This document shows positions 52,989 through 62,861 of a DNA stretch of 64,000 nucleotides, one piece after another. The DNA is from an uncultured cyanobacterium (GTDB taxonomy: Bacteria; Cyanobacteriota; Cyanobacteriia; PCC-9006; JAAUQQ01). Every line of letters starts with the position of its first letter. Positions within the stretch are counted from its first letter, which is position 1. The translations under genes were made by a program, and so were the position numbers. The stretch covers positions 64,001 to 128,000 of the forward strand of contig OY970368.1 of NCBI GenBank assembly GCA_963718615.1, written 5' to 3'. Under the pieces are notes generated by a model, which was given only the letters and a program-made list of their open reading frames with translations, did no database searches and had not been told where the DNA came from.

Positions 52989-55690
52989 GAGTCTTCTCCA
53001 TCAACGCGCTTGAGGGAAATCTGCGAAATGCCGTACATCAACAAACAGAGGGAGAATACGGCAGTGGGTAGAATGAACCAGCGTTCCTGAATAAACCGCG
53101 AGGAGCGGCTCAAGAGGCTAGCCGTCGCAATCCGGCGGGTCTGACTTTCCCGCAGAACTTTGAACTCGTAGGCTCTCGGATCGTAGGGCAGAGGATTCTC
53201 GGCGTTGGCACTGATGAGGACTGTATCCCCATCCAATTGGAAAAACCAAATGTCGTTTTCCAGGAACTGTTGCAGGGTGTTGAGCCCCGTCTCTCCCTGG
53301 GCCGCCAGGGCCAGAACCACGCGATCGCGATTCCAAGGGGAAAGAATTTGTTTGATAATGCCCTGCCGATCCGCCAGGGTTTGGATTTGGGTTCCTGGGT
53401 TTGTAGCTGGGTTTGTAGCTGGGTCGGGGGTTGAATCGGCTTTGATTTGGCGACTGGAAGCAGGGCCGAGGGCTAAAGTTCCGCCGCTGAGGGCTTCCTG
53501 GAGGGGGAAGCGATCGCGCGGTCCAATGGCAATCAAATTGTCCTCCTGCTTGGCCGTTTCTGAAAGATCCGCCACGGGCACAGCTTCGATTTCAATGGCC
53601 TGGGAAGCACTCAAACGTCCTAAGCGTTCGCTCATCTCCAGCAACGTCAGCAGCGTGCCCGCACTGGGGTCATCGGGAACCACCAGCGTCGTCGCCGACA
53701 GATCCTGCGGAGCCGCAAAGGGATACCCCACCTGGAGCAGTTTCAGGTTGGGCAAATCGACAGATTGCTCACGTTTGAGGTCAAAGCGGGTGTCGCTGTG
53801 CAAGGTGGCCCAGAGCTGGCGATCGGCCATGATGCCGCAGTCACCACCGCCATTGGGACTGAGCTGGAAGGAGATTCGCAGTTTGGAGTCAGGTTTGATC
53901 AGGTTTTCCGGCAGGGTGACATTGAGTTTCTCCCGCGTTGCCCCTTGGGGTTTGGTCAGCCGTTTCCCGGCGATCGCCACATCATCCAGGGTCACCTCCA
54001 CCGTCGAGCGACGGGGATCTAGCTGGGGACCATAGCTATATTCCAACTGCATGGTATTGCCCCGCAGAAAATGATCATCGGGCAGCGCCCGAAAATCGAT
54101 TTCAATCGGTGGCGTCGCCGAGGTGCGCACGGTCGTGTCTTGGAAAGCCTCGCCATTGGCCTGCTTCAGGTTACTTAGGCGAAACTCGTCCGTTTGGGGC
54201 AAATGCTGGGGCCAATCCCGTGGCGCGGGGGCGGTGGGTGTAGACACCGATTCCACCAAGATCCCTTGACCTGAGCCAATGGCAGCACTATCTTGTGTCT
54301 GCAACAGCTGCACCGCTTTCAATACCCCTTCATCCCCATTGCCCGTAGCGACCAAAACCGGTGTTTTGCCATCGTTTGTGGTGGTCAGCATCAACACACC
54401 CACATCCCCCGGCAGCAGCTTACCTTTGCCGTCTAACACCTGACCCTTATTGAGCTTGAAGGGCAGTTTCAGACTCTCCAGCAGGGGTTGAGAGGCAGGG
54501 GTTCCCAAAACAACTAGGCTCTCGTTCCAAGCTAGCTTCGCGGTCTCCTTTGCCGAGGACAAAGACAAGACTCGCGTTTTTAGAGGACGGTAAGCCGCTT
54601 GACGCCCCATTCCTGCTTGAAAACGGCTGGCGGCGGTCAACCAAGTCTTGTCCACCTGCTTCGGCTGGGCATAGACCATGGAACTGGGGTCGAGGGCAAG
54701 TCGGTCAAAGAAGGGATAGGGGAAATTTTCAAAGGCTAAAGGAACCGACTGGGTTTGGTAACCCAAAATCAGTTTTGAGTCCGGTAAAATCTCCGTCCAC
54801 AGGGCCGGGTCCGCTGGATTAGAGCAGGCTTTGTCGTTGTTTTGCTGGGCAACCAGCACAATCTCGTTGTAGTCCTGGATGAGTTCCACCGGAATATCGA
54901 CTAGAACTTCTCCAATTTCAGACTTTTTCTGCTGGAGCGGCACACTGCCAATACTCGTTCCATTGACCCGAATGGTGAGATTGGAGCGATCGGGCAGCAG
55001 GTCCGGAGAATTCTGATAGCGAATCAGGGCTTGAGCGGTCTTGACCTTCCAGGACGTGGGACGGTTGAATCCCAGTCGGCGCTCTGCATACACCCCTTGC
55101 AGTCTCAGGCTATTGCCCACGATCGGACTGCGGTTGAATTCTAAAACATAACGACTGAGAGGACCGACATTGGCCTCCTTAGCGTCCCCGGAAGCCGCTT
55201 GATTGGAATCTGATTGAGCAGTGGCCGCCGCCGGTTCAGCGATCTGTTCTGGAAGAGGATCGCGATCGCCCCCAGGCACTGGCTCCACTGGGGCCATATC
55301 CGGTGCATACGCTGGCTGCGGATCTTCAGAGTCTGGATAGACCGGCTGTGGCTCCTCATACACCGGCTGCGGATCATAGGCAGGCTGCGGCTCCTCATAC
55401 ACTGGCCCTGGATCATAAACGGGCGGAGCTGGGGCGGGTTGGTAGACCGGGGCGGGCGCTGGGTCGCTGGGAAGCGCGTAGCGTTCGATCAGACTATTTT
55501 CCTGGGCCTCAACCTCCCCTTCTTGGGCGATCGCCCTAGGCCCAGAGGACGCTCCTAGCAGCCAGCCGGGCATCAAGAGCAAACCACCAACGGTTCCTAA
55601 CACCAGGGTTTTACGGAGCAAGACGACTCCCCGCCCCAGTGGATGACAGCGAACCATGGGCATTCGGGGGCGATACGGAAGGCGCTTCAT
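52985..55690 (-). CDS. bcsB: Cellulose synthase periplasmic subunit BcsB
   Basis: Signal peptide, two carbohydrate-binding/flavodoxin-like repeats (LWTEILPDS...FPYPF; LWATLHSDT...LPNL....YPF), C-terminal TM; stop overlaps the bcsA start. Confidence 0.85.
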   Translation of the reverse strand: MKRLPYRPRMPMVRCHPLGRGVVLLRKTLVLGTVGGLLLMPGWLLGASSGPRAIAQEGEVEAQENSLIERYALPSDPAPAPVYQPAPAPPVYDPGPVYEEPQPAYDPQPVYEEPQPVYPDSEDPQPAYAPDMAPVEPVPGGDRDPLPEQIAEPAAATAQSDSNQAASGDAKEANVGPLSRYVLEFNRSPIVGNSLRLQGVYAERRLGFNRPTSWKVKTAQALIRYQNSPDLLPDRSNLTIRVNGTSIGSVPLQQKKSEIGEVLVDIPVELIQDYNEIVLVAQQNNDKACSNPADPALWTEILPDSKLILGYQTQSVPLAFENFPYPFFDRLALDPSSMVYAQPKQVDKTWLTAASRFQAGMGRQAAYRPLKTRVLSLSSAKETAKLAWNESLVVLGTPASQPLLESLKLPFKLNKGQVLDGKGKLLPGDVGVLMLTTTNDGKTPVLVATGNGDEGVLKAVQLLQTQDSAAIGSGQGILVESVSTPTAPAPRDWPQHLPQTDEFRLSNLKQANGEAFQDTTVRTSATPPIEIDFRALPDDHFLRGNTMQLEYSYGPQLDPRRSTVEVTLDDVAIAGKRLTKPQGATREKLNVTLPENLIKPDSKLRISFQLSPNGGGDCGIMADRQLWATLHSDTRFDLKREQSVDLPNLKLLQVGYPFAAPQDLSATTLVVPDDPSAGTLLTLLEMSERLGRLSASQAIEIEAVPVADLSETAKQEDNLIAIGPRDRFPLQEALSGGTLALGPASSRQIKADSTPDPATNPATNPGTQIQTLADRQGIIKQILSPWNRDRVVLALAAQGETGLNTLQQFLENDIWFFQLDGDTVLISANAENPLPYDPRAYEFKVLRESQTRRIATASLLSRSSRFIQERWFILPTAVFSLCLLMYGISQISLKRVDGEDS

Positions 55691-55891
55691 AAGGCGTTCA
55701 AAATCCCAGAGATCAGCATTAAAGGAGATGCAAAGCAGGAAATACAGCACCCCCAAACAGGGGTTATAGAATCAGACTGCCCAAATTTGTATAAAGATGT
55801 GTCTAAAACCCTAATCACTTCGGTGAAAAAAAACAATCACAGGAACGCCTCAAGCCGCCTCAAGTCGGTGTTCGTCGGTGTTGTCATCGCC

Positions 55892-57397
55892 CTAGGGAGG
55901 CGAGACTTGGAGGAGCGGCGAGCTGGGCGTCAGGGGCGGGAAAAGACCTAACCAGGCAAGATTTTGACTGTAATAAGCCGAGGCATCATCCCATAATCCC
56001 GCTTGATAGGTCGTCCACAGCTTCTGCTGAAATAACCGCGCAGCGAGGTCCGGGTCAGTCCATTGCAGGGCGCTGTAGAGCATGCCATATTGCGACGTGG
56101 CTTCGTAGGTTGCGATCGCCTTCCCTCGCAGATCAATTTGGGCCGGGATAAACTGTTGCGATCGCAACCGATCAACCAAATAAACCAAATGCTCTTGCAA
56201 AAAGCGTTTGGCTTCCGCAGCATCAGCCCCCGAAGCGTCAACCCCCGCCAAATCCCAGGCCACGCGCCACCAAACCCGGTAGGCATCAAAGCTGTATTGG
56301 GTGAGTAAATCTCCTGAGGCATCCAAGGGAGCAAACCGCTGGGAGGGACGGTCCCAGGCCACCCAGTCGCTGGGCAGACCCACCGCTGAGAGCTGGGCAG
56401 ATTGATTCAACACAAAGTAACTGGACTCCACGAGACTCAGCCAGTCGCGATCGCGATCCACCGTGGCAAACAGGCGAAAGGCAAAGGGCGCAAGGTAGGA
56501 GGGATTGAGGATGAGGCGATCGCCCCGAACAAAGGCCTCTCGGGGACCGGGCAACAGGTAGCGACGTTGGGGAGGACTAGAGGTTGCGGTTGGGGCAGCC
56601 TTTTCTGCAACACCTTCTGAAACTGAAACAGCATCTGGAACAGCCGTGTCTGGAACAGTCGTGTCTGGAACAGCCGTGCCCAAAGTCCAGAGGTCTTGGA
56701 GCTTGGTTTGAGCAAGGGCCAAATAGTCCGGGCGATTCCAGCGGCGCGAGGCCAGAATCAGCGCCGTGGCGGCGTCGATATCGGCATCCGTGGCAAAGTT
56801 ACCATCGACAATGCCCCAAGCGGTGTCACCGGGTTCGCGCCCCCATTTCCAAGCCCACAGACTATCGAGGGGCAGACCGTTGCGCTGACGGCGCAGGTTG
56901 TTTTCCCCCCACTTCAGCGTGCGGGCAAAGGTGTCTGGGTCATCGATCAAGACGGCCCGGAGCATGGCGTAGGCTTGACTCTCGGAGGTAGAGCGCCCCT
57001 CGGCCTCCCAATCGATCACCCGGCCATCCGCTTGAATAAACCGGTTTCGATAGGTTTCCCAGCTTTCCTGAAGCAGCTCGGGGCTGGCGGCACGGGGCTG
57101 ATTAAGATCTAAAGGGGGCAAACCCGTCGAGCTTGGAGACGTCGAGCTTTGAGGCGTCGAGCTTTGAGGAGAGGTTGTCCCAGAGGGCGAGGCCGTGGGA
57201 GAGAGCACCGGAGAGGGCTCGGGCAACCGTTCTAGCCAGCGGCAGCCCGAAATTGCCATGCTGCTGAGGAAACCCAGCAAAACACTGAGCAAGATTTTAG
57301 ACAAAATTCTGGGCAAGATTCTGGACCAGCCACAAAGGACAATCCTGCCCCTTGCTCGATAGTGTTTCCCAGGACCCAGCTTTGGCATATTCAACAC
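55892..57397 (-). CDS. bcsZ: Glycoside hydrolase family 8 endoglucanase (BcsZ-like), probable lipoprotein
   Basis: DGRVID, TSESQAYAM, ATDADI, LNPSY, GLPSDW, FDAYR, YYSQNL; lipobox-like ISGC. Confidence 0.88.
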   Translation of the reverse strand: MLNMPKLGPGKHYRARGRIVLCGWSRILPRILSKILLSVLLGFLSSMAISGCRWLERLPEPSPVLSPTASPSGTTSPQSSTPQSSTSPSSTGLPPLDLNQPRAASPELLQESWETYRNRFIQADGRVIDWEAEGRSTSESQAYAMLRAVLIDDPDTFARTLKWGENNLRRQRNGLPLDSLWAWKWGREPGDTAWGIVDGNFATDADIDAATALILASRRWNRPDYLALAQTKLQDLWTLGTAVPDTTVPDTAVPDAVSVSEGVAEKAAPTATSSPPQRRYLLPGPREAFVRGDRLILNPSYLAPFAFRLFATVDRDRDWLSLVESSYFVLNQSAQLSAVGLPSDWVAWDRPSQRFAPLDASGDLLTQYSFDAYRVWWRVAWDLAGVDASGADAAEAKRFLQEHLVYLVDRLRSQQFIPAQIDLRGKAIATYEATSQYGMLYSALQWTDPDLAARLFQQKLWTTYQAGLWDDASAYYSQNLAWLGLFPPLTPSSPLLQVSPP

Positions 57398-57414
57398 CCC
57401 TTATGGCGATCGCC

Positions 57415-59715
57415 CTAAAACCGCTCCCAAGCAGGCTGAAAACCGCGCTGACGCAGAAAATCCTCTTGAATTTGCCGCATCCGTAACGCCGAACTGCCTG
57501 AACCAACCCCCGCCCGTCGCAAATCCCGAAATTGATCGAGCGCGTCTAGTTTGCGCCCCTGGACAACGAGGAGCTCCGCGAGGGATTGTTGGGCCAAGCG
57601 ATCATTAGGACTATAGGTAAGGATTTGCCCATAGAGACGAGCTGCTTCATCATAACGCCGCTGCTGAAACCTGAGTCCGGCTAAGCCCGCGAGGGCTTCT
57701 GGCTGGTAGGGCTCGCGCTGAAGCACGATGTCATAGGCTTGTCCCGCGCGATCGAGGTCCTTGAGGGCTTGAGCGAGCTGGGCTTCGAGCAGATAGGACG
57801 TAGCACTGTTGGGCTGGAGGGCACGGGACTGGTTGACCAGGCGATCCACTTGGGCTCGGGCTTGGTACTCGTTGCGCAGGGCGATCGCCTCCACCCAGCG
57901 CACCTGGACGGGAATATACGTCGGGTCCGCCGCCGCCAGTGCCCCATATAGCGCTTCTCGATCCTGACGGGCTGGCAGCGTTCCCGCTAGGGTATAGAGC
58001 TCAGGGCTGGTCTCGCCGGGGCGACTTTGCAACCAGCGATTGAGGACACCAGCGGCTTCGTCTTCGGACATCAAATCCGCTTGGTAGGCGATCGCCGCCC
58101 GAGACAGTTGCAACGGCAAATCTCCGGGATTGGCAGCCAGGAGCCGATCGTAAAGGGCGATCGCATCCCGAGGACGGTCCTGGGCCAGACGAATACCAGC
58201 CAACCCTTGGATGGCAGCGGAGCGAATATCGGCATCGCTCGTCCCGGTATTGAGAATCGCAATGTAGCGCGTGGCACTGTCTTCGAGACGACCCTGACGA
58301 CGTTCAATTTCAGCGTAGAGCAGTTGGGGGGCTAAGTCCTGGGCTCCGCTGGGAGTGCGCTGATAGGCGGTCAAGGCGGCCAAGGCACCGACAAAGTCAT
58401 TAGCCTGGATCAGGAGCTGAGCAATCCGAAAATTGAGGAAGGGCACATCTACCTGGGCGGCCAAGAACTGCTGATAGACGGGCAGCAGCTCAGGTAAAGG
58501 TTCAATGGGAACGAGGGCCTGGGCGATCGCCCGTTGCTCTGTTGGACTGGTGGGAAAGGGCTGGAGCAGTCCGGCCAGACGCTGACGGATTTGGCTGTCG
58601 TTGACTTGACCAAGCTGACTTTCGAGGGCCAAGAGCTTGAGACCCAGGACGCGATCGTTCGGGTTCTGGCCAATCAGTCGACGATACAACTCTAGCGCGT
58701 AGGGTCGTTCCGCCGGAATACCGCTCAGCACATCCGCCGCTTCTAGGATCAGCGTCGAGGCAGGAGAGGCCGTTGCTTGCAGCTCAGCCCGATACAGCGC
58801 AGCGGCTTCATTCAGCAGATCGGGAATTTTTTGGGCTTGGCCAATTTCGTTTAAGGCCCGCGCCAAGGGTAAGCGAGCCTCGGGCCGTCCCCGCAGTACT
58901 TCCAGCACCGCTAGGGCATCGGCGGGGCGATTGGCGTCGAGATAGGCTTGGGCCAACTCCGAGCGGATCTGGATGGCGGCGTCATCGGTTCGGTTCGACA
59001 CCAACCCTTCCAGCAGCGAGATCGCCTGGGTGGGATTGCCCGTGCCGCGCAGGGCTCGGGCGTAGGCGATCGCCGCATTTTGTTCCAGCGCCTGCCCCGT
59101 ACTGCGATAGCGATTAAACAGCTCTAATCCCCGCGCATAATCCCCGCTATAGGTATAAATCTGAGCGGCCCCAACCAACACCTCCGGCGAGGCATTGCCT
59201 TTGCTGAGCACTTGCTCGTAATCCGCCAGGGCTTCTGCAAACCGACCCTGATAGCCATAGAGCAACGCCCGCTGCGCCCGCGCTTCGTCATCCTGGGGGG
59301 TGCGATTGAGCAAACGGGTCAGGGCCTCAATCCCGGCGGGCTGCCACTCAGGCCGAAAGCCCCCTAGCAACCCCAGGGTCTTGAGCGCCAGGGTATTATC
59401 TGGGTCCTGTTGCAGGACCGCCTGGTAGGTTTGCCAAGCATCCCCATCGCGACCGGCTCGACGATAGGCGATCGCCAACCCCAGTTTCGCCTCTAGAACG
59501 GTAGGATATTGCCGAATCGCCCGTTGAAAGATTTCAATGGCCCCATCCACCTGCCCTTCCCCTAAACGGGTATAGCCCTCCCGCACAACGGACGGAACCG
59601 ATTCTTGGGCCTGTACCCTCGCGCCTTCAAACCCTCCCAAGGCTGGGGCAGCGGCAAGCATGACCCCCAGGCTCAAACTCAGAACAAACTGGGATGTCCA
59701 GTGACGCGGAACCAT
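57415..59715 (-). CDS. Secreted TPR-repeat protein (BcsC N-terminal-like)
   Basis: Signal peptide then TPR-like helices to the end (QPAWERF); no beta-barrel seen. Confidence 0.85.
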   Translation of the reverse strand: MVPRHWTSQFVLSLSLGVMLAAAPALGGFEGARVQAQESVPSVVREGYTRLGEGQVDGAIEIFQRAIRQYPTVLEAKLGLAIAYRRAGRDGDAWQTYQAVLQQDPDNTLALKTLGLLGGFRPEWQPAGIEALTRLLNRTPQDDEARAQRALLYGYQGRFAEALADYEQVLSKGNASPEVLVGAAQIYTYSGDYARGLELFNRYRSTGQALEQNAAIAYARALRGTGNPTQAISLLEGLVSNRTDDAAIQIRSELAQAYLDANRPADALAVLEVLRGRPEARLPLARALNEIGQAQKIPDLLNEAAALYRAELQATASPASTLILEAADVLSGIPAERPYALELYRRLIGQNPNDRVLGLKLLALESQLGQVNDSQIRQRLAGLLQPFPTSPTEQRAIAQALVPIEPLPELLPVYQQFLAAQVDVPFLNFRIAQLLIQANDFVGALAALTAYQRTPSGAQDLAPQLLYAEIERRQGRLEDSATRYIAILNTGTSDADIRSAAIQGLAGIRLAQDRPRDAIALYDRLLAANPGDLPLQLSRAAIAYQADLMSEDEAAGVLNRWLQSRPGETSPELYTLAGTLPARQDREALYGALAAADPTYIPVQVRWVEAIALRNEYQARAQVDRLVNQSRALQPNSATSYLLEAQLAQALKDLDRAGQAYDIVLQREPYQPEALAGLAGLRFQQRRYDEAARLYGQILTYSPNDRLAQQSLAELLVVQGRKLDALDQFRDLRRAGVGSGSSALRMRQIQEDFLRQRGFQPAWERF

Positions 59716-59822
59716 GAGCTGCTCTATAAAGTAAAAAATAATTCGATCAATCGTAACCATGCGCCGATTCGGTGGGGCCTTCCATTGGGCGAGCGGCCCA
59801 TCGGCAAACAGCAGAGCAAGCC

Positions 59823-62630
59823 CTATTGCTTCAGGCTACCCAGGGGCAGGGTATCAAACTCTGCCTTGAGACGAAAACCCGCCACAATCTCCGAGAATTC
59901 ATTGCGCTCTTGGAGTGAAAAACCCAGGCGCAAGTTGGGCAAAAAGCGAAAATCGTAAAAGAGCTCCAGCACATCCGGCGCGGACTCGGTGCCAAATTGT
60001 CGCCGCAGGCTCTCGTTGGAGAGGGTTCGACCGTAGGCAAGGCCAATGCGATCGTCTGCACTAAAGACATCCTGGAAATTAAATCCTAGGCCAAAGCTAT
60101 CTCCCCCTTCGTTGAGATCCCGATTTTCATAGCGGCCATAGCGGGCAAACAAGCCCATCCGCAGATTGGGAATGTAGTATTCCGCATTGACCCCATAGGC
60201 TTGTTCGCGATCGCCACTCCGCAATCCGGACCCACCATCGGATCGGGGCACCGAAAAAATTTCCTGGAAGCCATCTCTATTGCCCGAATCCTTATCGGTG
60301 ACATAGGAGCCCCGCACAATCGCGTTACCGTAACGCAGGCCAATTTCCCCCGCAAAGCCATCCAGGGCAAATCCACCTAGGTTGCGATCGGAGGAAAACG
60401 CCGCCGCTTTGAGTTCGATATTATCCGTGGCGGTCCAGTTGAGCAGGAGCCCCGGACGGGATCCTAGCCCCGCCGCACTTAGGGCTGGGTTGGTCTGAAA
60501 GGCTTCGTTAAAGAAATGGGTCGCAGAATCCTTGGCAAAACTATTGCGGTCAAAGTAGGACGTCAGGTCCATTTGGCCCACCACAAACCGAAGATTAGGC
60601 AACTGTTCCAGCGACGCAGAGGCATAAAGCTCATTGACGCTAAAACCGGAGGTATTGCCACTGGAAAAGGAATCACCACTGGACACATCCAACGACCCAC
60701 CAAACAGCAAATTTGGCGTGAGTGGATAGACCGTATTCAAACGGGCACGGGCCGAAGTATTACTCCCTTCCGTGAGGAAAACACCCTGTAGACGATACTC
60801 CGGTTTGCCTAGGGCACTGGTCCGCAGCAACTGTCCATCGCGATACTCCGGCAGGCGATCGCCCATCTGCGTCCCTAAGGCTGTGGCGTTGGCCTCAGCG
60901 GGCAGCGGGCCGCCAAGGGCTTCGGAGGTTTCGATGGGGATCGGCGTCGTCGGCGTCGGGAGAATTCCGGGGGGATAAAGGCTGGGGGGAGACGGCAGCA
61001 CTGGCGCTCCTCCAAGGGATCCGCCCCCTAAGGTCCCGTTTAACGCTCCCGTTAATGGCGGTGCGGGCAAGGACAGGGTAGGCAAAGTGGCGAGATTGCC
61101 AGTAGCGAGATTGCCAGTAGCGAGATTGCCGTTGGGAACAGGTGTGGCCGGGTTATTAGCGTAGGGATTGGGATAGGCAGTGGCGTAGGGATTGAGGTAA
61201 GGGTTGGGGTAGGCAGTAGCGTAGGGATTGGGATAAGGGTTGGGATAGGCGGTGGCGTAGGGATTGGCGTAGGGGTTAGGGTACGAACCAGGATAAACAC
61301 CGTAGGCGCTGGGATAGGGCTGAGGGTATCCCGGATAAACCGGATAGGGCATTTGAGCGGCTATCGGATACATCGGCATTCCCTGGGGCATCATTCCCTG
61401 GGGCATTCCCTGAGTCATGCCCATGGGAGCCGGTACAGGCACGAGGTAGATGGGCATACCCATCGGCATTCCCTGGGGCATCATTCCCTGGGGCATCATT
61501 CCTTGGGGCATTCCAGGCGGTAGGGGAGCAGGGTAGGCCAGGTAATAGGTCGGTTGTGGCAGGGGCTGTGGGGCTGGATAGCCGGTCATCATGCCATAGC
61601 CATAGGGCGCAGGGCTGGGATAACCGGGCTGGACATAACCCTGTTGAGGATAACTGGGCATTGCTTGACTGACCTGAGCTGCTGGTGCTTCGTACCCCGG
61701 AAAGGGCATTGCCGGAGTCAGCACAGGCAAGCCATTGGCCTCTCCCGTCAGGGGTTGTAGCGCAACGGGTAGAGGAACAGATGACGAAATCGGCGAAGCG
61801 GAACGTAGTCCTAAGTTTCCCTGTGAATCTCGATTGGCAATCAGCGCTGATCCAGGCCGTGGCGGTGGGGGTAGTGTTGGTGCTGTTAGGGTCGCGGCTA
61901 AATTAGGAGCAGCAGGAGCGGCAACCGGCAATTCTGGCTTAAGTCCAGTTTTGGAACGGGGCAGAACCGAACGATAACGCTGGGCCGGAACCGATACCGC
62001 TGCGATCGCCCCCGCAAATTGACGAACCTCTTGATCAACCGTTGGATCAACCTCTTGAGCAACTTGATCAACCCTTGGACCAACTTCTGAAGCAACCGCT
62101 GGACTAGTTTCTTCTGCGGCAACCGCTGAACTCATCCCTGTTTCCAGTCCCGCTTGGGCCACTTCGACAGTTTCTTGAGACGGTTTGGGAGTGAGCTTAT
62201 CAAGACGATTAGGGGGTTTACTCAAATAATCCGTTGCCGTGGCCGCCGCTAGATTTCCGGCGATCGCCGCCATCCCATCCACCCCCCAGTTTTCTTCCTC
62301 CGCAGGACGCCCACCGACCCAGGCACCTGACTCCCCTTGCCCTGGATCTTCTCGAACAGGCTCCCCTTGCACGCGCGGCAAGGGCTCCGCATGGACCATA
62401 CTGGTTGCGAGCAGAACCGAGAGGGTACCCATGGACCCCATCCGTCGCAGTTGTCGTCTCAGTGGCGATGGGCAGGAAAACCGGGCGAACTGCCCAATGC
62501 TGAAACTCAGCGGGCTGCAACGCAAAATCGGCGAGATCACTGCGAATAAACGGATAAACTGACTAGCCATGCCTCTCACACCAGGGGATAAACGCTCGGA
62601 ACGGTGCTCTCTGCAATCCTGACTCACCAT
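59823..62630 (-). CDS. Putative carbohydrate-porin-like outer-membrane protein with a long low-complexity N-terminal region
   Basis: C-terminal ~320 aa has alternating beta-strand pattern with GQMDLTSYFDRNSFA, LFARYG and LELFYDF (OprB-like). Start may be ATG 62570. Confidence 0.72.
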   Translation of the reverse strand: MVSQDCREHRSERLSPGVRGMASQFIRLFAVISPILRCSPLSFSIGQFARFSCPSPLRRQLRRMGSMGTLSVLLATSMVHAEPLPRVQGEPVREDPGQGESGAWVGGRPAEEENWGVDGMAAIAGNLAAATATDYLSKPPNRLDKLTPKPSQETVEVAQAGLETGMSSAVAAEETSPAVASEVGPRVDQVAQEVDPTVDQEVRQFAGAIAAVSVPAQRYRSVLPRSKTGLKPELPVAAPAAPNLAATLTAPTLPPPPRPGSALIANRDSQGNLGLRSASPISSSVPLPVALQPLTGEANGLPVLTPAMPFPGYEAPAAQVSQAMPSYPQQGYVQPGYPSPAPYGYGMMTGYPAPQPLPQPTYYLAYPAPLPPGMPQGMMPQGMMPQGMPMGMPIYLVPVPAPMGMTQGMPQGMMPQGMPMYPIAAQMPYPVYPGYPQPYPSAYGVYPGSYPNPYANPYATAYPNPYPNPYATAYPNPYLNPYATAYPNPYANNPATPVPNGNLATGNLATGNLATLPTLSLPAPPLTGALNGTLGGGSLGGAPVLPSPPSLYPPGILPTPTTPIPIETSEALGGPLPAEANATALGTQMGDRLPEYRDGQLLRTSALGKPEYRLQGVFLTEGSNTSARARLNTVYPLTPNLLFGGSLDVSSGDSFSSGNTSGFSVNELYASASLEQLPNLRFVVGQMDLTSYFDRNSFAKDSATHFFNEAFQTNPALSAAGLGSRPGLLLNWTATDNIELKAAAFSSDRNLGGFALDGFAGEIGLRYGNAIVRGSYVTDKDSGNRDGFQEIFSVPRSDGGSGLRSGDREQAYGVNAEYYIPNLRMGLFARYGRYENRDLNEGGDSFGLGFNFQDVFSADDRIGLAYGRTLSNESLRRQFGTESAPDVLELFYDFRFLPNLRLGFSLQERNEFSEIVAGFRLKAEFDTLPLGSLKQ
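61090..61515 (-). repeat. Intragenic tandem repeats encoding (GNLAT)n, (YPNPYxNPYATA)n and (MPQGM)n
   Basis: 15-bp and about 36-bp units visible in both DNA and translation. Confidence 0.88.
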
Positions 62631-62861
62631 GACAAGGATCTCAATTGCGACTTTCTAGCAACTGGATCAATACGGAAACGGATGTGTTCATTTAGACAAA
62701 TTATTCCCAGGCTAGAGGATTTAGCCGGAATTGCCAACCCATTGTCTATCAATTATTAGACGGTGAGAAAATAATAAAGATTTTGATGATTTTGGGAACC
62801 TTAAAAGCGAGTCGAGGGCTAATCTATAGCAGCCCACTGGGGCAACCCATAGGCAATACTC

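Noticed and set aside
61090-61515. Repeat arrays here and at 25338, 27475 and 33219 as possible CRISPR arrays
   Set aside because: No unique spacers of constant length and no cas genes; these are tandem or coding repeats.
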